DNA from: Auritidibacter sp. Marseille-P8566
GTDB taxonomy: Bacteria; Actinomycetota; Actinomycetes; Actinomycetales; Microbacteriaceae
Length of the DNA: 64,000 nucleotides
Direction of reading: 5' to 3'
Assembly (NCBI GenBank): GCA_945896925.1
Contig: CAMDEV010000001.1
Coordinates: 450 to 64,449, forward strand
Each line of letters opens with the position of its first letter. Within the stretch, counting starts at the first letter, position 1. Of this stretch, positions 59,401 to 64,000 are shown piece by piece. The notes under the pieces are model-generated. The model did not search any database. It was not told the origin of the DNA and saw only the letters and a list, made by a program, of their open reading frames with translations. Made by a program: the position numbers and the translations under genes.

Positions 59401-59881
59401 CAACTGCCTTTACAAAAAGTGGGAAACCAATTTCTTTTGAATCTTGGATTAGCAGAGCAACATCTTCAGACTGTCTGGAAGATTTCAGCACCGGAACATT
59501 TGCTGCAATTGCAGCCTCTTTCGCATTGACCTTGTTACCGGCAAGTTCTAGAACATCTGAGGTTGGACCGATGAAAGTAATTCCGTTTGATTTAGCGGCT
59601 TCGGCTAGCTCTGGGTTTTCAGAAAGGAATCCGTAGCCTGGATAAATAGCATCTGCACCACATTCGAGTGCGACACGGATAATTTCGGAGACATCTAGGT
59701 AAGCACGAACTGGGTGACCGACGTCACCGATCTGGTAAGCCTCGTCTGCTTTTAGGCGGTGGGAGGAATTTCTATCCTCGTAGGCGAATACGGCTACGGT
59801 CTTAGCGCCTAGTTCATAAGCTGCTCTAAAGGCACGAATGGCGATTTCGCCTCGGTTGGCAACCAGAATCTTGCTGAACAT
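56465..59881 (-). CDS. pyc: Pyruvate carboxylase
   Basis: ANRGEIA, EMNPRIQVEH, RDAHQSL, KDMAG, HTH, biotin site EAMKM. Confidence 0.97.
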   Translation of the reverse strand: MFSKILVANRGEIAIRAFRAAYELGAKTVAVFAYEDRNSSHRLKADEAYQIGDVGHPVRAYLDVSEIIRVALECGADAIYPGYGFLSENPELAEAAKSNGITFIGPTSDVLELAGNKVNAKEAAIAANVPVLKSSRQSEDVALLIQDSKEIGFPLFVKAVAGGGGRGMRRVQDSEGLEAALGEAMREAESAFGDARVFLEQAVLRPRHIEVQILADSKGNVVHLFERDCSVQRRNQKVVEIAPAPNISQELREELYRDAVAFAKQVGYVNAGTVEFLIDTVGPNAGKHVFIEMNPRIQVEHTVTEEITGVDLVQSQMLIASGSTLEELNLTQDKIEMNGFAIQCRITTEDPTAGFRPDTGKISTYRSPGGAGIRLDGGTVSTGSEISPHFDSLMVKLITRGRDLKTAVNRAERALAEFRIRGVSTNIAFLQGVLADPSFAAGDLSTAFIEERPQLLTAQPSLDRGTKILNWLADVTVNQPYGPRGDLISPTSKLPKLDLNTPAPKGSRQLLQELGPVAFASHLRAQSAVAITDTTFRDAHQSLLATRVRSRDLVQVAPYEARILHKLFSVEAWGGATYDVSLRFLGEDPWARLVALREAMPNICIQMLLRGQNTVGYTPYPVEVTEAFVSEAATAGVDIFRIFDALNDVDQMLPAISAVLKTKTAVAEVAICYTGDLLNPNEALYTLDYYLDLARQVVKAGAHILAIKDMAGLLRPQAAAKLVKALRAEFDVPVHLHTHDTAGGQLATLIAAIDAGVDAVDVASAPMAGTTSQPSASALIAALENTDRDSGISLDEMTALEPYWEAVRNVYAPFESGLRGPTGRVYKHEIPGGQLSNLRQQAIALGLGNQFERVEDMYAAANEILGRPPKVTPSSKVVGDLALHLVAVNADPAEFAANPQNYDIPDSVVGFMAGELGDLPGGWPEPFRTKVLQGKNPKFGLVAVSPEDLQKLVSEDAKVRRSTLNRLLFPGPTAEFEKSRATFGNLDPVDTLDYLYGLEQGHEHVVEIARGVRIFVGLEAIGSPDTKGFRTVMATFNGQLRPINIRDRKIATTVVSAEKANLANPAEVAAPFAGVVTLQVVEGTQVELGQPVATIEAMKMEATITANTAGIVRRLAISKTQSVESGDLILVVEPRVSE

Positions 59882-59948
59882 GCGGTCCTAACTGCAGTCA
59901 GGTGAACAAATGACGGGTTGCACCAAAATCAAAAGGTAGCCTAGACAG

Positions 59949-60983
59949 GTGCAGGTATTAAGCGTTAGCGCCTTGAAAGGCGGAGTTGGTAAAACCACGG
60001 TCACCCTTGGTCTTGCCTCTGCCGCCTTGTCTAGGAACTTACGAACACTGGTGATTGATTTAGATCCACAGTGCAACGCAAGTATTGGTTTAGGTGCATT
60101 TGGGGATTCTAATCATTCAGCGGCCGAAGTAATCAAGAAGCCCCGACACAACACTGTGCTAAGGGCAATTGTAGTCTCATCTTGGGCTAAGGGACAGGCA
60201 GGCCGCCTGGATGTGATGGTTGGCAGCCCTGACCTTACCTTGCTCAACCAGGGCAACCCTTCATTCAAATCGCTCTGGCACGTAGAGCAAGCTCTGGCCT
60301 CAGTCGAGGATGAGTACGATCTGGTTCTCATTGACACTCCTCCATCCCTTGGAGCACTAACCCGGATGGCTTGGGTTGCCAGCGACAGAGTTCTTCTAGT
60401 TGCAGAACCAGCTATCAACTCGGTGATCTCAATCGAGTCAGCCGTGAAGGCCTTTTCTGAACTCAGAAATAAAGTCAATAGACGAGTGAACCTCTTTGGA
60501 GTTCTGGTTAATCGGCTACGAGCTAGCGTTGCAGAACATCAATATCGGGTCAATGAACTTGATGAACTATTCGGTGAATTGATGATTAACCCACCGCTGG
60601 AGGAGAAAACTGCACTGCAGCAAGCTTCTGGAGCAGGTAAACCGATTCACAATTGGCCGGGTCAATCGGCTGCTAAGTTGGCTAACCGCTTTGATCAACT
60701 TCTTGAGAGCGCACTTGAATCATTCAAAGCTGAAGATCCAGGGCTCCTGCTTCGCAAGCGTAAGGCTGATGATAAGAGTAGATTCTCTAAGCGCAGCAGA
60801 GATGCCAATCCAATTTTCCCACCAAGGCCTGAGCCAGAGGTAAAAGCGCCAATAGTGGTTGAATCTGAGGAACCTGTTATCTCTCCTGAGTATGAAGAGA
60901 AGTTTCAAGAGGTTATTCGTCAGACGATGACAAAGAAACAACTAAAAGCGTTGAAAGAGAGCCAAGAGGCAGAAGAGAACTAA
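59949..60983 (+). CDS. ParA-family ATPase with charged C-terminal extension
   Basis: KGGVGKTT, DLDPQ, IDTPPSL. Confidence 0.88.
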   Translation: MQVLSVSALKGGVGKTTVTLGLASAALSRNLRTLVIDLDPQCNASIGLGAFGDSNHSAAEVIKKPRHNTVLRAIVVSSWAKGQAGRLDVMVGSPDLTLLNQGNPSFKSLWHVEQALASVEDEYDLVLIDTPPSLGALTRMAWVASDRVLLVAEPAINSVISIESAVKAFSELRNKVNRRVNLFGVLVNRLRASVAEHQYRVNELDELFGELMINPPLEEKTALQQASGAGKPIHNWPGQSAAKLANRFDQLLESALESFKAEDPGLLLRKRKADDKSRFSKRSRDANPIFPPRPEPEVKAPIVVESEEPVISPEYEEKFQEVIRQTMTKKQLKALKESQEAEEN

Positions 60984-61588
60984 ACAGCCTTCTTGCCAAG
61001 GCGGCGAAGAGTTAGTTCGTCAAGATCTTCAATGTGGCTTGGGTTGATTTCGGTGAGAGTTGCCTCAACTTCACCAAGCACCTTGCCGACAGAAATACCG
61101 AACACACCCTGACCTCTATCTAGAAGGTCAATCACTTCATCAACTGAGGTGCAGAGATAAACCTTTGCACCGTCTGAGAAGAGAGTAATTTTGGCTAAGT
61201 CACTGATGCCTGCTTCACGAAGCTGCTTGATTGCTATACGAATCTGCTGAAGCGAAACACCAGCATCTAGGAATCTCTTCACAAGCTTTAGAACAAGAAT
61301 GTCTCTGAATGAGTAAAGTCTTTGGGTTCCTGAACCTGAGGCTCCCCTGACGCTTGGTTGGACTAGGGCAGTTCTATCCCAGTAATCAAGTTGACGGTAG
61401 CTTATGCCAGCTGCCCCGGCGGCTGAGGTTCCTCGGTAGCCAACATTTGGGTCATGCCAAGGCTGGGAAACTGCAAAAAGATCGTCTTGTAGGTAGGCGA
61501 ATTCGCTTGCTTCGCTTAGCAGGATGCGGCCAGTCTCAGTGGTTGGTTCGTTGATAACACTCTCAACTTCTGGGTTATTTGAATCCAT
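60980..61588 (-). CDS. MerR-family regulator, Rv1830/McdR-like
   Basis: GYRG...AGISYRQLDYW...PS...GSGTQRLYSFRD, GQGVFGI, DEL..RR. Confidence 0.88.
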   Translation of the reverse strand: MDSNNPEVESVINEPTTETGRILLSEASEFAYLQDDLFAVSQPWHDPNVGYRGTSAAGAAGISYRQLDYWDRTALVQPSVRGASGSGTQRLYSFRDILVLKLVKRFLDAGVSLQQIRIAIKQLREAGISDLAKITLFSDGAKVYLCTSVDEVIDLLDRGQGVFGISVGKVLGEVEATLTEINPSHIEDLDELTLRRLGKKAV

Positions 61589-61611
61589 GCTGGCCTCCTC
61601 TCCTAAATTCT

Positions 61612-61636
61612 AAAGTTCAAGTAATGCTTGAAGCTT
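61612..61636. promoter_or_regulatory. FtsR-type palindrome upstream of the mcdR-like gene
   Basis: AAAGTTCAAGTAATGCTTGAAGCTT, core TTCAAG-N5-CTTGAA; same geometry as the ftsZ site. Confidence 0.62.
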
Positions 61637-61686
61637 TCTTTAATTGTTCCGCTTACCCCTGACTATGGGGCGTTAATATTCTTCTT

Positions 61687-61695
61687 CGGCGTGTC
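61687..61695 (-). promoter_or_regulatory. WhiA-type GACAC box upstream of the mcdR-like gene
   Basis: Minus strand GACACGCCG just after the ftsR stop. Confidence 0.5.
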
Positions 61696-61698
61696 GCG

Positions 61699-62391
61699 CT
61701 AGTCGATTTTGTCGATAACCGCGCGGATTAGCTCTGCACGGATAGTTGAAATGTGTGACTCTATCTCATTCGCATAGGCAGCTGCTCTTGATTTAGCCGC
61801 TGGATCGCGTTGCTTCTTGACGCTAGAAACTACTCCCTGGATCAAACCTAGGTCTCTATCCACTGAAGTCTTGATGCCGCGAAGATGCCTTGCTGAAATA
61901 CCAAAGCGTTGAAGTTGCATCAAAGATCTAGCTACTTCAATGTCGCTGTATTCAAAAGGTTCTGAGCCAATCAGCTGTGACTGCTGTGCTTCAGCAAGCA
62001 GAGTTTCGTTAATGCCACTTTCAGCAACTAGTTCTAGTTTGTTGAACTTACGAGTAACGCTAGGTCTTCTGGTTGCACTTGGAAGTGAAGGCTGCTTACC
62101 GGCGTCCAAATCGTCTAGGTAGGTTCTGATTACTTTTAGAGGAAGGAACTTATCTCTTTGCAGTTCCAGGATGAGGCGCATGCGTTCAATATGTTGCTCA
62201 CTATATTTGCGGTAACCTGACTCAGTTCTAAAAGGTGAGAACAAACCCTGATCTTCCAAGAAACGAATCTTTGAAGGTGTTAGGTCTGGAAAATCAACTT
62301 TGATTTTGTCAATCACCTGACCGATGGTGAAAAGTTTACCCGGTCGAGGTGCAAAGAGATTTGCTGCTTCGTTTACTGCCATGGTTCTCAA
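61699..62391 (-). CDS. ftsR: MerR-family regulator, Rv1828/FtsR-like
   Basis: TIGQV...FPDLTPSKIRFLE..GL..P.RT.SGYRKY, QRD.FLPLKVI; directly downstream of garA/odhI; start 62391 or 62382. Confidence 0.85.
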   Translation of the reverse strand: MRTMAVNEAANLFAPRPGKLFTIGQVIDKIKVDFPDLTPSKIRFLEDQGLFSPFRTESGYRKYSEQHIERMRLILELQRDKFLPLKVIRTYLDDLDAGKQPSLPSATRRPSVTRKFNKLELVAESGINETLLAEAQQSQLIGSEPFEYSDIEVARSLMQLQRFGISARHLRGIKTSVDRDLGLIQGVVSSVKKQRDPAAKSRAAAYANEIESHISTIRAELIRAVIDKID

Positions 62392-62831
62392 ATATCCTTC
62401 TTAGATGCAAAGAAGGTCAAGTGGTACTTGCCAATCTGAACTTCACTACCGTTTACAAGTTCTGCGCTCTCGACTCTTTCCCCCTCGTACTGAGTTCCAT
62501 TGAGAGAGGCTAGGTCTGAGACAGTGAAGGTTTTACCTTCACGTTTGAATTCTGCATGTCTTCTAGAAACTGTCACATCATCCAAGAAGATATCTGCGTT
62601 TGGATGTCTTCCAACACTGGTGACATCTGAATCAAGGAGGAAGCGAGAACCTTGGTTAGGGCCACGTCTCACAATTAGAAGTGCATTCCCTGAAGGAAGT
62701 GCATCAAACGCAGCTCGCTCTTCTTCGCTTAGGTTTTCTAGATCACCTTCAATGAGGTCTTCAGAGAAGTTGCGAGTAGCCTCAATGTCATCACCCAAAT
62801 TGGCGTCATGGCCTGCAGAAAACTCGTTCAC
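62388..62831 (-). CDS. garA: FHA-domain protein GarA/OdhI
   Basis: RGPNQGSRFLLD, GRHP..DIFLDDVTVSRRH, SLNGT, EVQIGK. Confidence 0.9.
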   Translation of the reverse strand: MNEFSAGHDANLGDDIEATRNFSEDLIEGDLENLSEEERAAFDALPSGNALLIVRRGPNQGSRFLLDSDVTSVGRHPNADIFLDDVTVSRRHAEFKREGKTFTVSDLASLNGTQYEGERVESAELVNGSEVQIGKYHLTFFASKKDI

Positions 62832-63448
62832 GCACTCTCCTCTTTCTGGTTAAGAATAGCCGAGTCTTGGCAGGCTATTTTTCGAATGTTATGAACCTGT
62901 CGCAAATAAATGAAACCGGTCCACCAGTAGAGCCAGATTCCCCAGAAGGCAAAACCCCAAGCTATTGGGAATACCCAAATCGACACTTCCTTTGGCAAGA
63001 CGTCGGCTAGCAGCATAAGTGGGAATGCATACAAAAGCGCAAAAGTGCCAGCCTTGCCTGTGTAGTTAACCGGAAGCGGTCCATAACCAACCTGGGCTAG
63101 GAATGGCAGTGCAAAGAACAGGACTAAATCTCTAGCCACGATCACCAGCACCAGCCACCACGGTACCTTATTAGTGATAGCCAGACCCAGCAACGAGGCA
63201 AGGATAAACAACCGATCGGCAGCCGGATCTAGCAGCTGCCCCAGGCGAGACATCTGGTTTAGTTTTCTGGCAAGGAAGCCATCAAGCCAGTCCGTAAAGC
63301 TGGAGAAGGCAAGGATTGCAAATGCTAGGAGGTTCTGGTCGATGAGAATTAGCCAGAGAAATACCGGCACCAAAAGTAGCCTCAGCGCAGAGAGCGCGTT
63401 CGGCCAAGTTACGACCTTGTCGCTCAACTGAAGATTATTCTCAACCAT
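62828..63448 (-). CDS. CDP-alcohol phosphatidyltransferase (PgsA2/cardiolipin synthase-like)
   Basis: PNALS, TDWLDGFLAR...G..LDP.ADR, GK.GT. Confidence 0.9.
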   Translation of the reverse strand: MVENNLQLSDKVVTWPNALSALRLLLVPVFLWLILIDQNLLAFAILAFSSFTDWLDGFLARKLNQMSRLGQLLDPAADRLFILASLLGLAITNKVPWWLVLVIVARDLVLFFALPFLAQVGYGPLPVNYTGKAGTFALLYAFPLMLLADVLPKEVSIWVFPIAWGFAFWGIWLYWWTGFIYLRQVHNIRKIACQDSAILNQKEESA

Positions 63449-63466
63449 GATTTTCCTAGACTAGCG

Positions 63467-63540
<74 letters not shown>

Positions 63541-63551
63541 TGGGGACAATA

Positions 63552-64000
63552 TTAACGCTTACGCTTCTCTCTAACCCTCATGCCAATTTCAACTGGAGTT
63601 CCCTCGAAACCATATGTCTCACGGAGTCTTCTAACGATGAATCTTCTATACCCAGGATCCAAGAATCCGGTAGTGAATAGAACAAACTTAGGCGGTCTGG
63701 TGCTTGCCTGAGTAGCAAAAAGAATTCTAGGTTGCTTACCGCCACGAACAGGGTGAGGAAATTCCATCGCTAGTTCCTGGATGAAAGCGTTGAGCTTTCC
63801 AGTCGGAATTCTGGTATCCCAAGAATCAAGTGAAACTTCCAAGGCAGGGACAAGCTTCTCAAGGTGTCTACCTGTTTTTGCTGAAATGTTTACCCTTGGT
63901 GCCCAATCAACGTGGGCTAGGTCCTGCTCGATTTCTCGTTCAAGATACTCTCTGCGATCTTCATCGAGGCTGTCCCACTTGTTGAATGCTAGAACCAGCG
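63552..64000 (-). CDS. der: Ribosome biogenesis GTPase Der (3' part; 5'-truncated by window edge)
   Basis: NKWD and ISAKTG G4/G5 motifs, KH-like tail [13 protein letters not shown]...[19 protein letters not shown]. Confidence 0.92.
   Translation of the reverse strand, partial: LVLAFNKWDSLDEDRREYLEREIEQDLAHVDWAPRVNISAKTGRHLEKLVPALEVSLDSWDTRIPTGKLNAFIQELAMEFPHPVRGGKQPRILFATQASTRPPKFVLFTTGFLDPGYRRFIVRRLRETYGFEGTPVEIGMRVREKRKR

Overview
Core-genome segment of a streamlined actinobacterium with moderate GC. Protein families and gene order point to Microbacteriaceae, probably the freshwater Luna cluster (Aquiluna/Rhodoluna-like); this placement is inference. About 60 tightly packed CDS: lnt-ppm1, rbpA, trpD, the cytochrome bcc-aa3 genes (ctaE-qcrCAB, ctaCDF), pyrD, class II B12-dependent ribonucleotide reductase nrdR-nrdJ, hisD, dnaE, a complete dcw cluster (mraZ to divIVA), pknL/Rv2175c, class II DAHP synthase, pyc flanked by two ParA/MinD ATPases, the pgsA2-garA-ftsR-mcdR block, tRNA-Pro(GGG) and the 3' end of der. 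I saw no mobile element, prophage or CRISPR array. The notable signals are non-coding or unannotated. (1) The chromosome dimer resolution site dif at 4377-4404, folded into a hairpin between convergent genes; this window therefore probably spans the replication terminus. (2) A 25-bp FtsR-type palindrome plus a WhiA-type GACAC box shared by the ftsZ, mcdR-like and nrdR-nrdJ promoters, suggesting a division regulon that includes dNTP synthesis. (3) An unannotated leaderless 34-aa Thr/Ser-rich ORF coupled (ATGA) to the PknL kinase. (4) Paired NrdR boxes, MraZ boxes and the mraW RNA motif. (5) Self-symmetric bidirectional -10 elements, leaderless genes and 4-bp convergent stop-codon overlaps.
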